Under the pieces are notes generated by a model. The model made no database searches, was not told where the DNA came from, and worked only from the letters and a program-made list of their open reading frames with translations. DNA of 64,000 nucleotides from Thermodesulfobacteriota bacterium. GTDB lineage: Bacteria > Desulfobacterota > Desulfarculia > JACQYL01. The stretch spans positions 192,001 to 256,000 of the forward strand of contig CAXXLZ010000002.1 in assembly GCA_963675595.2 (NCBI GenBank), in the 5' to 3' direction. Below are positions 12,737 to 23,218 of the stretch, piece by piece. Within the stretch, counting starts at the first letter, position 1; the number at the start of each line of letters is the position of its first letter. Position numbers and translations under genes: made by a program.

Positions 12737-13065
12737 GACGCGATTCCTCGCTGTAAATGGGGTTGGTTGGCCAAGTCTTCGGAGGACGCCGGCGCCCACC
12801 GACGACTGTACTACATGATCATGCAATATGCTACCCCGACTCCCTTCCTCACTGCAACCCCTTTCTTTTGAGTTAAAAAAAATTCACAAACCGGTAATAC
12901 AAAAGCCCGTACAAGACGTCCGGGCCTCCCTCACCGGAGACATGGGCGTCGATCTGCGGGAAAACGGGATTGGGGAAACGCCGCCGAACGCGGCGTTCGG
13001 GTATCCGGCGGGGGCCCGCGGCGGAAAACGCAAGACCCGCCGCCGAGAAGACGGGAGATTCGCCG

Positions 13066-15315
13066 TCAGGTCAATCGCGACAAGATCATTTCCCAACGGA
13101 ACTTGGAATCACCCAGGGGAACGCGTGTCTCTCGAATGCGCACGCGCGAATAGTCTTTTTTGAGGATCACCGTGGAGCGAGGACCTCGTATGCTCGTACC
13201 CGTGAATATGGTCCCTGCGACACGGACCGCGGGAACGACTTTGGAGGACGCCGACCACTCCCGAAGGCTTTCGATATCCTCCGTAAGCTGCCCGATTTCC
13301 TCTTCACAAGCTTGGATTTCACCCTTTGCTTCGTCCACCTTTTCCGGAATCTCGGACTGCTCGTCCAACAACTTGTCCATGGACGATTCCGCCTTTTCTC
13401 CGATGGACTGCATCTTCCGGAGGTTCTCCTCGCACTCTTCCCGCTCTTTCTCCGAAAGGGGCTTCTTGCCTTCCAACCGGGCCTTCAATTTCTTGAGCTG
13501 AGCGTTGCTCTGTTCGTGAATCTGGGCCAGCTTCACCATTTCGTCGCTCGTGGCGGCAAAGCGGGTTTCCAGCGCGTCCACCGAAGCTTCCAGCTCCTGC
13601 CTGCGCTTCTTGGTTTCGACGATGCGCTCTTTCATGACCGCGATCTGTTTGTTGAGTCGCTCGTCGATCCCGATAATGAGAGTGGAAGGGTTGGACCTTT
13701 CCGAACCGATGTCAAAGGCCTGAATTCCTTCCCTGGCGCAGATGTTTGAGGAGAGCACCTTTTCTTTTTCGGCCAGGCACTTGCCGCTGGTCTCGATCTT
13801 GGAATCGATGGCTCCCTTGTAGAGCACAACATCGCCCAGAGCCTCAATTTCCGCCCGCCGGGCGAACTTGGCCGTGACCGTGCCCCCGGCGCGGATTTTT
13901 CCTCCGATAATCCCACCGCGAACGATCAAGTCTCCATCCACATCGATTTCAGCCCGCAGAACCTCTTGCACAACGAGCCGGCCGCCCCGGACTCGGAACC
14001 CGTCGCTCACCGATCCCGAAACCTCGATATGCCCGCTGAAATTCACGTGCCCGGTTTCCAGTCCCACGTCCCCGCCGATTTTGAGTTCGGGGTAGACTTG
14101 AAGCTTCCCGTCCACCGTGATGCTCGGACGCCCGTCGAACTTGGCATACACCTGGAGGCCGTCGGGAGATTTCTCCGTACCCGTCCCGCATCGAAAACGC
14201 ACCGGAGGAGGCTTGGGAACCGGGACCGGGGCTCCCGAAACATCGATCCCGGGTTCGCCTTCCTCGCCTTTGAGGATCTCCGCGATGAGCTGAGCCTTGT
14301 TCACCTGCGGGATTTCACCCCGCTCCTTGAAATCGATGCTGCCCGATTCCGTAATGCGACCCGGCTTCAAGGGGTCCGTATCGAAATGGTATTTAACCGT
14401 GTCCTCCCGAGCGGGTACCGCCGGTTTGCCTTTGGCGAGAACGAAGGACAGGCCTTTGCCGAATTCTTCCTTCAGGTACAGCCGGATGACCTCATCGGGC
14501 AAGATACCGTAACCAACGCCGGCGGTATCCAGGGCTTTCTTCACCGTCTCCAGGTCCGGAGGCGCCGTGTCGGGAGCGGGAAAAAGGGTCACCTCCATCC
14601 GGTCCGGGCCGATCTCGAGATCGAAGCCTTCGCCGCTGCTGAAAGGACGAAGCGGCCTGGTCACCAGGTCCGTCGGCGCGGGCTCCGCGGGCTCCGCAAG
14701 CTCCTCGGATAGCGGCCGGTCCTGAATCTTGAGGAGCGTTTCCCGTTGTCGAGCCGAAATCTTCCCCCATTGAACCAGTATGTCCCCGATACTCTGAACG
14801 GTCTTGGTGCGAATGAAGCCTTTTTCCTGCTGCTTGAATGCGTCATCCACATCCTGCTTCGAAACGATTCCCCCTTTTAACGCCAGCTCTCCGAAGGCTC
14901 TGTCCAGGGCCCTGGTTTCCCACATGTGCTTGACGGCTTTGAGAAACCCGTGCTGCTCCTTGGAGATCATGCTCTTTTGCAGCAGGATGACCTCCAACGA
15001 GAGGTCCCTGCCCTGAGCCTTTTCCGATTCCAGAAGAGCGGTTGCCTGAGCCATTTGTTCAGGAGTGATGAAACGAAAACGCAGCGCGAGTCTTCCGAAA
15101 ATCAGGGAATCGTCGCCTTTGAGGATTTCGTCGATGTCGCTTTCCGGAGACTCCTTCTTGGCGAGTTTCGAAGGCTGGTCCGAAGAGTGGATATCGAATT
15201 CCGTTTCGCATTTGGTGCAGCGGACTTTGCCGCCGTCGAGGTGGGCGGGAATCGCAAACCCGGTTTCGCACTTCGGGCAGCGGACGACCTTCTTGCCTTC
15301 ATTTTCCATGATCAC
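13066..15315 (-). CDS. FapA/DUF342 family protein with N-terminal zinc ribbon
   Basis: CPKC...CTKC N-terminal finger; IDFKERGEIPQV, GDVGLETGHVNFSG beta-helix and C-terminal coiled coil typical of DUF342; start 15315 (GTG) or 15309 (ATG). Confidence 0.85.
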   Translation of the reverse strand: MIMENEGKKVVRCPKCETGFAIPAHLDGGKVRCTKCETEFDIHSSDQPSKLAKKESPESDIDEILKGDDSLIFGRLALRFRFITPEQMAQATALLESEKAQGRDLSLEVILLQKSMISKEQHGFLKAVKHMWETRALDRAFGELALKGGIVSKQDVDDAFKQQEKGFIRTKTVQSIGDILVQWGKISARQRETLLKIQDRPLSEELAEPAEPAPTDLVTRPLRPFSSGEGFDLEIGPDRMEVTLFPAPDTAPPDLETVKKALDTAGVGYGILPDEVIRLYLKEEFGKGLSFVLAKGKPAVPAREDTVKYHFDTDPLKPGRITESGSIDFKERGEIPQVNKAQLIAEILKGEEGEPGIDVSGAPVPVPKPPPVRFRCGTGTEKSPDGLQVYAKFDGRPSITVDGKLQVYPELKIGGDVGLETGHVNFSGHIEVSGSVSDGFRVRGGRLVVQEVLRAEIDVDGDLIVRGGIIGGKIRAGGTVTAKFARRAEIEALGDVVLYKGAIDSKIETSGKCLAEKEKVLSSNICAREGIQAFDIGSERSNPSTLIIGIDERLNKQIAVMKERIVETKKRRQELEASVDALETRFAATSDEMVKLAQIHEQSNAQLKKLKARLEGKKPLSEKEREECEENLRKMQSIGEKAESSMDKLLDEQSEIPEKVDEAKGEIQACEEEIGQLTEDIESLREWSASSKVVPAVRVAGTIFTGTSIRGPRSTVILKKDYSRVRIRETRVPLGDSKFRWEMILSRLT

Positions 15316-15536
15316 CCGAGAGATACTTTGAGGTTGGAAGGGAAATCGATTATAACAGATAAGTCGATTTTGTGAAGGATTCTAGATGGATTTCCGACCT
15401 CCGCTTCGACCGCTCCTCCCCACAAAGACAACCCCTTGATATTTTGACCATACCTGTAAACCCCACGCCGACAAAATGCAACCCGACAATGGGACGAAAA
15501 CCGGTTCCGGCAACTTTCGGCCATCCGAGCCGGCGG

Positions 15537-15908
15537 TCACACCCGTCCCCTGTCCTCCTCTTCGCGTCGGGTCTCCTGTTCGTGAGCATTCAAGACGGTC
15601 TCAATGGAACGCTCCAACTCTTCCTTGCGCAGGGTCGAGCCTTCCAAGCGATCGACCTCACGACCGTTTCGAAACAGCAGAAAAGCGGGAACACTTTCAA
15701 TGCGATGGGCCCCGAACAGGTCCTTGTTGCCCGCGAGACTCGCCCGAACCAATTTGAGACGTCCCGCGAACCGTCTTTCCAGTCCCCGGGAATAGGCACT
15801 GAAAACCTGGCACGCGGAGCAACTCGGCATATGGAATTCCACCAAAACAGGGAGATCCGAATCCCTTACTTCGGCGTCGAAGTTCCACGACGAAACGTCC
15901 ACCGGCAT
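15537..15908 (-). CDS. Thioredoxin-family protein (CSAC active site)
   Basis: NFDAEVRDSDLPVLVEFHMPSCSAC and IESVPAFLLFRNG motifs; RBS GGAGG before ATG 15908. Confidence 0.85.
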   Translation of the reverse strand: MPVDVSSWNFDAEVRDSDLPVLVEFHMPSCSACQVFSAYSRGLERRFAGRLKLVRASLAGNKDLFGAHRIESVPAFLLFRNGREVDRLEGSTLRKEELERSIETVLNAHEQETRREEEDRGRV

Positions 15909-16384
15909 GGCTTCCTCCGGAAAGCAGTCCATCGGGATTATATACAAATAATTGTCATACTAAAGTTTCTACCCACTCCCGTATGACTTGTGTACCTATT
16001 TTGAGCCCATTGTCAACGACCGTATACGCCCGACCGGAAAATGATTTCCGATCCCCAGTCGTTCTTCCGGTGTTTGCCCTTGGACCGCGTCGGTTGAATG
16101 TGGTATATAGGCTTCGGGTTCTCTTCAGAAATCGTTTGTTCATTCTTTTCAAGAAACTCGGACCGGGATGGATGTTGCTCCCTCGCTCGTCCTGAAACCG
16201 CGGCCGATCCGACGCTCCGTTCTTGATTTCCGGTCGCAACGGCCGAACCATCCCGAATTCACCGGACAAGTTTTCTCACACCCATTCAACATCATTTGCC
16301 GATCTTTTCGAAACGAGTGTTCACGTCGGCGCTCGGAACTCACGCTTTGCCGGAAACTCCGACAACCCAAGGGGAGAAGCGGCG

Positions 16385-17194
16385 ATGACCTACGAAACGA
16401 TCCTTTGCGACCGCGAGGAAGGAGTCGGTATTGTTCGGTTGAACCGCCCGGAACGCATGAATGCCGTCACCGAACAGATGTATCTGGAACTCCGGGACGT
16501 ATTCGGGCAGGCTCTTCGGGACGACGCCGTCCGGGCGATGGTGCTTACGGGCTCCGTGCTGAAAAGGGGCGACACGCAAAAACAGGCATTCTGCGCCGGC
16601 GCCGACTTGAAGCAGCACGCCGCCGGGGAACGGACCCACGCCCAGAAAAGAGCCTATATTCTTCTGGCGCATGAAACCACCCGGGAAATTCATGAATTCT
16701 CCAAACCCGTGATCGCGGCGGTCAACGGTCCCGCGCGCGGCGCCGGCGCCGAGTTGGCCCTTTGCTGCGATTTCATCTTCATGGCGGAACAAGCAACCAT
16801 CGCGTTCCCGGAGACCGGGCTGGGCACTTTTGTCGGCGGCGGTTCCACCTATCACCTGCCCCGGCTCGTCGGCACCACCAAAGCCAAGGAATTGATCTAC
16901 ACCGGGCGCGTGTTGGACGGACTCGAAGCCGTGGAATTCGGCGTTGCCTTCCGGTGTCGCCCCATTGAAACTCTCTTGAAAGACTGTCTCGAGTTCGCAT
17001 CCACTCTATCGGGCAAAGCCCCGGTATCCATGAGGCTCGCCAAGAAATATCTCCAAAAACACGGGAATCTTGATCTCGAGACGGTCCTGGCTCTGGAAAC
17101 CGAAGCCGTTCTCACGTGTATGGACACGGAAGACTGGCACGAAGGCATCCGTGCGTTCAATGAGAAACGAAAGCCGAATTACCAAGGGAGATGA
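16385..17194 (+). CDS. Enoyl-CoA hydratase/isomerase (crotonase) family protein
   Basis: LNRPERMNA, AFCAGADL, KPVIAAVNGPARGAGAELALCCD and FPETGLG motifs. Confidence 0.93.
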   Translation: MTYETILCDREEGVGIVRLNRPERMNAVTEQMYLELRDVFGQALRDDAVRAMVLTGSVLKRGDTQKQAFCAGADLKQHAAGERTHAQKRAYILLAHETTREIHEFSKPVIAAVNGPARGAGAELALCCDFIFMAEQATIAFPETGLGTFVGGGSTYHLPRLVGTTKAKELIYTGRVLDGLEAVEFGVAFRCRPIETLLKDCLEFASTLSGKAPVSMRLAKKYLQKHGNLDLETVLALETEAVLTCMDTEDWHEGIRAFNEKRKPNYQGR

Positions 17195-17195
17195 C

Positions 17196-19343
17196 ATGAA
17201 CCTGGCCAAAGTCCTCAATGCGCGATCCGTGGCCATTATCGGAGCTTCCAAGGACGAAAGGAAAAGAGGGTTCCAGGCCATCAGGACCCTTTTGGAGGAC
17301 CATTACGAAGGGGAGATCTACCCCGTCAATCCCAAGGAAGAAAGCATCCTCGGGCTGAGATGCTACAAGAACATTCAGGAAATCGAGGCGCGCGTTGATT
17401 TGGCCCTGATCACCACGCCGGCGGAGACGGTGCCCGGAATTCTCAAAGATTGCGGCAAGAAAGGCATCGGGGGCGTGGTCATCATCGCGGGTGGGTTCGG
17501 TGAATTCGGCGAATACGGCAAAGCGCTGCAGCAACAGATCGTGGAAACCGCGGCCGAACACAAATTGAGGATTATCGGTCCCAACACCTCCGGGGTGGTG
17601 AACATGGTGAACCACCTCAATTTGGCGGGACTGCCGGACGTGCCCAAGGGAGATATCGCGCTGGTGTCTCAAAGCGGCAACGTGGCTCTTCACATGATTA
17701 CCGAAGCCAAACTGAAGAGCCAAAGAGGATTCTCCTATTACGTCGGCGTGGGAAACGAGGCGGACGTGAGGTTCGATGAATATCTCGAATTCTTCACGCG
17801 TGACCCCAACACCAAGGCCATCCTCATGTACGTGGAAGGGCTGCGCGACGGCAGGAAGTTCCTTCAGGAAGCCTACAAGACCACGACCAAGAAGCCCGTT
17901 GTCCTGCTCAAGGGCGGGCGATCCGCTAAGGGGAAGCAATCCATCGGCTCCCACACCGGAGCTTTGGCGGGACTTTCCGAGGTGGCGAGAACCGCTTTCG
18001 GAAGAGCCGGAATCATCACCGTGGAGCGGTCCGACGAATTGTTCCCCGTGGCGGAAACCCTGTCCAGCCTGCCTCCCATCCGCAACGGCAAGGTGGCCAT
18101 TCTCGCCGACGGAGGCGGGCACGCGACCATCGCCGCCGATAAGCTCACCGATTTGGGTGTCGAGATTCCCAGGCTGCACAAGAACTCCCAGAATAAGCTC
18201 AGAAGTCTTCTGCCGGCCAACGCACCGGTGGGCAACCCGGTGGACGTGGCCGGAGGTACGGACGCCGATCCCGGCGTCTTTGCCGACTGCGCCAGAGCCC
18301 TCCTCGAAGACTCCTACGTGGGCGGACTGCTCATCGCGGGACTCTTCGGCGGCTATGCAATCCGCTTCGCCGAAAAGCTGCGGTTCATCGAGGAGGACGC
18401 CGCACATCAGCTCGGGAAACTGGTGGTTCAAACGGGCAAACCCATTGTCCTTCACAGCCTCTACAACCATGCGAAACCTCACTCTCTCGAACTGCTCCGA
18501 TATTACAACATACCCGTGTTCGACTCCCTGGATATTGCCTGCAAGTGCCTCTCCTCTCTTTCCGAATACGGCCACTACCTGTCCACGTTTCCCAAGCGCA
18601 CCAACTTCGTTTTCAATTGGCGCGCCAAAGCCAAACCGGAAGCCTGTGAAATCATTCGCCGTGCAGAGGCCGAAGGCAGACGCGCACTCATGGAGCACGA
18701 GGCCAAGAGATTGTTGGGCCTGCACGGGGCTCCGGTCACCTCGGACCGCCTCGCCGCCGAGCCCGAGGAAGCCGTTCGCATCGCCCGGGACATCGGCGAA
18801 CCGGTGGCCCTCAAAATCGTTTCTCCTGATATCCTGCACAAGACCGACGCCTGCGGCGTCAGGCTTCGTCTAAGTACGGAAGAAGAGGTGCGAAGCGCCT
18901 TCTGCGAAATTATCGAAAGCGCGAAAAGTTACGACGGAAGAGCCGACATCAAGGGTTGTCTGGTTTCTCCGATGGCCTGTGACGGAGTGGAAGTCATCGT
19001 TGGGACCAAGATCGACGAGCAGTTCGGCCCGGTCGTTATGTTTGGTCTGGGCGGCATTCTGGTCGAAGTGGTCAAGGACGTCTCCTTTCGTGTGCTTCCG
19101 ATTTCCAAGAGCGCAGCCGCCAAAATGATTACGGAAATCAAGTCGGCTCCCATTCTCAACGGAGTGAGAGGCCGGGCGCCCGTGGACAAAAACGCCATCG
19201 TCCATCTGCTGCACACTGTTTCGGAAGTAATCGAAGCATACCCGGAGATTCTCGAAATGGACCTGAACCCCGTCATTGCGACGGAAAGCGGGATCACCAT
19301 CGTGGACGCCAGGATCATTCTGAAAAGTCCTGTTGCGGTTTGA
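17196..19343 (+). CDS. ADP-forming acyl-CoA synthetase (acetate-CoA ligase, fused alpha-beta)
   Basis: VAIIGAS, IIGPNTSG, SQSGN, SHTGALAG phospho-His, and C-terminal ATP-grasp (ALKIVSPDILHKTD, EMDLNPV). Confidence 0.92.
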   Translation: MNLAKVLNARSVAIIGASKDERKRGFQAIRTLLEDHYEGEIYPVNPKEESILGLRCYKNIQEIEARVDLALITTPAETVPGILKDCGKKGIGGVVIIAGGFGEFGEYGKALQQQIVETAAEHKLRIIGPNTSGVVNMVNHLNLAGLPDVPKGDIALVSQSGNVALHMITEAKLKSQRGFSYYVGVGNEADVRFDEYLEFFTRDPNTKAILMYVEGLRDGRKFLQEAYKTTTKKPVVLLKGGRSAKGKQSIGSHTGALAGLSEVARTAFGRAGIITVERSDELFPVAETLSSLPPIRNGKVAILADGGGHATIAADKLTDLGVEIPRLHKNSQNKLRSLLPANAPVGNPVDVAGGTDADPGVFADCARALLEDSYVGGLLIAGLFGGYAIRFAEKLRFIEEDAAHQLGKLVVQTGKPIVLHSLYNHAKPHSLELLRYYNIPVFDSLDIACKCLSSLSEYGHYLSTFPKRTNFVFNWRAKAKPEACEIIRRAEAEGRRALMEHEAKRLLGLHGAPVTSDRLAAEPEEAVRIARDIGEPVALKIVSPDILHKTDACGVRLRLSTEEEVRSAFCEIIESAKSYDGRADIKGCLVSPMACDGVEVIVGTKIDEQFGPVVMFGLGGILVEVVKDVSFRVLPISKSAAAKMITEIKSAPILNGVRGRAPVDKNAIVHLLHTVSEVIEAYPEILEMDLNPVIATESGITIVDARIILKSPVAV

Positions 19344-19656
19344 CGCACGTCCGCCCTCGCACGAGGACCGGTCCCCTGGGTCTCCCGTGGTCGGGCCCGC
19401 CCTCGGCGGGTCATTGCAGGAATCGCAGATCACCAAATCCCCCTTCTTTTTGAGTGGAACCGATGACGATGCGGTCACCGGTTCATATCCACAGCCCATT
19501 GAAGAAGGCCGACCAACACAGGCCGGCAAGAAAACGATGAGAAGCAGGGCGCAAATCCCTGGAAGAAAGGCGCACATGAAGTGCGCCGCAGCGACCGGGG
19601 AGAAAGCGCAACACCGCAGACCGCGTTTCCCAACAGCCTGTTGAGCGGAGAGGAAC

Positions 19657-21456
19657 ATGGATAGGCACGCCGTTCGATCCAAGATACTCGACCTGTTGAA
19701 TGTTGCACCCGCCTTGAAGGAGATTCTGCTTTCGGAAGACCCTCTCCAGGAAAAACGACGAAGGATCAGGGCTTTTCTGGCGGGCATGCTCGCCGTGACC
19801 TTTAACGACGACCCCACGATTCCACCGCTGGAGTGGGTGCTGACCAGCGACGCGATTATGGTGTTCAAGAGCATCCTCACCGAAAGAAGCGAACGTCTGG
19901 CCGAATTCAGTTTCCTTCAATACCTGGACGATTTGGTGCACACGGAACGGGAAGCCGACCCTCCCGAACCCACGCCGGACTTTCTCGCCGAGTTGGAGCA
20001 TCTCCTGAAAGGAATCATGGGAAAGACCGGGGTTTATTCCGACAAGATTCCGGCCTTTCTCCAGCGTGACGGCCGGGACGCGGCGATCCTCCGGTCGTCC
20101 GATCTCTCGAGCATGGCCCGGGAAGCCAAGAGATATCTGGATCGATACCCATGCGGACTGGAAGATGAGATTATCCGAACGCGAAGCCGCAACAAATCTC
20201 GGATATTGGAACGCTTCGACGCCACGGAATACGAATGGGAGGACTGGAAGTGGCAGGTTCGACACATCATTCGGAAGGCCGATGTCCTGAAAGATCTCGT
20301 GGGGCTCACTCCTGAGGAATACACGGCCGTGAAACTGGCCAACAAGTACAAGATCCCCTTCGGCATCACGCCCTATTACCTTTCTCTGATGGACAACGAG
20401 CCCGGTGGAGAGCAAGACCGTGCGGTACGCGCTCAGGTGATCCCCTCGCCGCACTACGTGGAAACCATGCAACAACTCCGAGAATCTTCGGAACCGTCCA
20501 TGGACTTCATGTTGGAACGCAATACTTCCCCGGTGGACGGCATTACGCGACGGTACCCCATGATCGTGATTTTGAAACCGTTTCTGACCTGCCCGCAAAT
20601 CTGCGTCTACTGCCAGCGCAATTGGGAGATCGAAGACGTCTATTCCAAACGGGCCGCCTTGTCCAAAGAGAAATTGGACAAGGCTCTTCAGTGGATTCAG
20701 GACACTCCGGAAGTCAACGAGGTCCTCGTGACCGGAGGAGACCCCTTGCTTCTATCCAATGAACGGCTGGAGAACCTTCTGTACCGGCTGAGCCAGATAC
20801 GGCACGTGGAGCGTATTCGGATCGGAACCCGCACACCGGTCACCCTGCCCCAGCGCATCACCGATTCCCTGGTCCGCGACATCAACCATTTTCACAATCC
20901 GGGAAAACGGGAAGTGCTCGTGGTCACTCATTTCGAGCATCCCTACGAGATCACGCCTCAGTCCATGGAAGCGGTGCAGAAATTCCGCCGATACGGCATG
21001 GAAGTATACAACCAACTCGTCTATACCTTTTACAATTCCAGACGTTTCGAAGCCGCGGCTCTTCGGTTGAAGCTTCGCCTGATCGGAGTCACGCCCTACT
21101 ATACGTTCAACACCAAAGGCAAAGAAGAAACCGACGACTATCGCGTACCCATCGCCCGGCTGATGCAGGAACAGAAGGAAGAGGCGAGGCTGTTGCCGGG
21201 AACCGTAAGGACCGACGAGATCGTGTTCAACGTGCCCGGCTTGGGCAAGAACTATCTACGGGCCAAGCAGCACCACGAGGTGATCTCCATATTTCCCGAC
21301 GGAAGACGCCTCTACGAATTCCATCCTTGGGAAAAAAAGCTTTTCTTGGTGGACACTTACGTATACAAGGACGTGTCCATCCACCAATACCTGGAACGCC
21401 TCGCCGCTTATGGTGAAGACCTGTCGGCCTACCGGTCCATCTGGTACTACTATTAG
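19657..21456 (+). CDS. KamA-family radical SAM aminomutase-like protein (long form)
   Basis: WKWQVRH, ITPYYLSL, ITRRYP, CPQICVYCQR, VTGGDPLLL, RIGTRTPVTLPQRIT, and VPGLGK at the PLP-lysine position. Confidence 0.88.
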   Translation: MDRHAVRSKILDLLNVAPALKEILLSEDPLQEKRRRIRAFLAGMLAVTFNDDPTIPPLEWVLTSDAIMVFKSILTERSERLAEFSFLQYLDDLVHTEREADPPEPTPDFLAELEHLLKGIMGKTGVYSDKIPAFLQRDGRDAAILRSSDLSSMAREAKRYLDRYPCGLEDEIIRTRSRNKSRILERFDATEYEWEDWKWQVRHIIRKADVLKDLVGLTPEEYTAVKLANKYKIPFGITPYYLSLMDNEPGGEQDRAVRAQVIPSPHYVETMQQLRESSEPSMDFMLERNTSPVDGITRRYPMIVILKPFLTCPQICVYCQRNWEIEDVYSKRAALSKEKLDKALQWIQDTPEVNEVLVTGGDPLLLSNERLENLLYRLSQIRHVERIRIGTRTPVTLPQRITDSLVRDINHFHNPGKREVLVVTHFEHPYEITPQSMEAVQKFRRYGMEVYNQLVYTFYNSRRFEAAALRLKLRLIGVTPYYTFNTKGKEETDDYRVPIARLMQEQKEEARLLPGTVRTDEIVFNVPGLGKNYLRAKQHHEVISIFPDGRRLYEFHPWEKKLFLVDTYVYKDVSIHQYLERLAAYGEDLSAYRSIWYYY

Positions 21457-21648
21457 GCAGTGAGGGAAGCGAATCCCCGAGACGGAGGCCGGTCTCACCC
21501 AGTCGCCCGAAACCTTTTTTTCTCGGTTCGGGTTTTCTTGTGGGCCGGCTTGACCCAAGCCCTTCTTTGAGATATATAGAACCGTTTAAGCAGACCTCGG
21601 GGAGCGCCTAAGGTTTCCCCCCAAACATCGACCCGGCCATGAAATCGA

Positions 21649-22986
21649 ATGCGGCGAAACTTCTACTTCTGGATTTATAACTTCTGCCTGCTGCTGCTCG
21701 GTCCCCCGCTGCTCGCACTCGCTCTTTTTCATCTCGTTCGACGTCCTCACCACCGCACCGGCGCCGGACAACGCCTGGGGAACATTCCCCGCGACAAAAC
21801 GCGGCGCCTCAGGGGCCGCCCTCGCATCTGGCTGCACGCCGTGTCCGTGGGCGAGGTTTCCGTGGCTCAAGCCGTGTGCAGGGCTCTTCGGCAGGCGATG
21901 CCCGAAGCCTCCCTTCTGGTTTCCTGTACGACTCCGGACGGGATGAAGAGAGCCCGAGGTACCCTCCCGCCGGAGGTCGTAACGGTGTTCTACCCGCTGG
22001 ATTTCCAACTATGCGTTCACTGGGCTTTGAAAAGGGTTCGACCGGATATCTACGTGTGCCTGGAAACCGAGTTCTGGCCCAACTTTGTCCACACGGCCCA
22101 CGCCATGGGAGCCACGGTGATTTTGGCCAACGGCCGGATCTCACCCCGTTCTTTCCGACGTTACCTCCTTCTGCGTCCTTTTTTCCGCTGGGTGCTCGGT
22201 GCGTTCGATGCCTTCCTGATGATCGGGAAACAAGATGCCGAACGGGTTCTCCGTCTGGGAGCGCCGGCCCGGAGAATCGAAACGCTCGGAAACGCCAAAT
22301 ACGATCTACTGGCGGAGCGCACGGTCGCTTCCGAGCCCGGTACCGTCCGATCCCTTCTTTCGCCGCCTCAAGACACGGTCATCCTTGTGGTGGGCAGCCT
22401 ACGCGGGCCCGAGGAGCAACCGGTGGTTCCGATTCTGTGCCGGTTGCTGTCCCGCAGGAAGAATCTCCTCGCGGTTGTGGCGCCGAGGCACGTCACCAGG
22501 GCCTCGCACATCGAGCAAGCCTTTCAAAGCCGGGGCGTGGGTGTTCAATTGTGGACGAGAATTCAAACCGGGGAAGAGCGCAGAGTGCAACGAGTCGTGA
22601 TTCTGGATACCATCGGAGAGCTGTTCCAATTCTATGGGGTGGCCGACATCGTGTTCTGTGGAGGCTCTTTGGCCCCGCTGGGCGGCCAGAACGTCATGGA
22701 ACCGGCGGCATGGGGGATTCGTCCGATTTTCGGTCCCCACATGGACGACTTCCAAGACGCCGTCAGCCGTCTGGAGTCCGAAGGGGGCGGATTTCCCATT
22801 GGGAACCCCGGAGAACTGGAAAAAATGATCGAACGGCTGCTGGACCATCCGGAGGAACGCAAGCCGGGCCGGGATCGTCCCCACGGTTCCCTTCCCGAGT
22901 CCACGCCTTCCACGCGAATCGCCCAAGCCGTTCTACAAACCTGGAAGCGAAAGGCCGGTCCTTCGCAGAACATCCGGAAAGACTGA
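21649..22986 (+). CDS. waaA: 3-deoxy-D-manno-octulosonic acid (Kdo) transferase
   Basis: IWLHAVSVGE, YPLD, ETEFWPN, NGRISPRS, GNAKYD and GGSLAPLGGQNVMEPA motifs. Confidence 0.93.
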   Translation: MRRNFYFWIYNFCLLLLGPPLLALALFHLVRRPHHRTGAGQRLGNIPRDKTRRLRGRPRIWLHAVSVGEVSVAQAVCRALRQAMPEASLLVSCTTPDGMKRARGTLPPEVVTVFYPLDFQLCVHWALKRVRPDIYVCLETEFWPNFVHTAHAMGATVILANGRISPRSFRRYLLLRPFFRWVLGAFDAFLMIGKQDAERVLRLGAPARRIETLGNAKYDLLAERTVASEPGTVRSLLSPPQDTVILVVGSLRGPEEQPVVPILCRLLSRRKNLLAVVAPRHVTRASHIEQAFQSRGVGVQLWTRIQTGEERRVQRVVILDTIGELFQFYGVADIVFCGGSLAPLGGQNVMEPAAWGIRPIFGPHMDDFQDAVSRLESEGGGFPIGNPGELEKMIERLLDHPEERKPGRDRPHGSLPESTPSTRIAQAVLQTWKRKAGPSQNIRKD

Positions 22987-23119
22987 GATGCTTTCCCACC
23001 CTTCGCAATCCCCAACGTCCGCCTCGAATTCGGCAAAACGAAGGGTTGAGATGAGGCCGGACCGTTACTAATATTTGACGAAAGGCAAACGGGCGCTTCC
23101 ATGAATCCATAGATTTCCG

Positions 23120-23151
23120 CCGGCCGGGCGCAAGGTTACCCGGCCGGTTTT
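23120..23151 (+). terminator. Strong hairpin with U-tract upstream of carA (waaA terminator or carAB attenuator)
   Basis: ccggccggg-cgcaaggtta-cccggccgg followed by tttt. Confidence 0.5.
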
Positions 23152-23218
23152 GTGTGCCCGAACTCGAAACAGGATTTACGATTTCCCCGGAACCGTCCGG
23201 GGCTGAAAGTCCGAAATT

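Noticed and set aside
23078-23150. c-di-GMP-I riboswitch upstream of carA (aaaggcaaac...gggcgcaagg)
   Set aside because: It lacks the GNRA-capped P2 stem and receptor. The strong ccggccggg/cccggccgg hairpin with a U-tract fits a terminator better.
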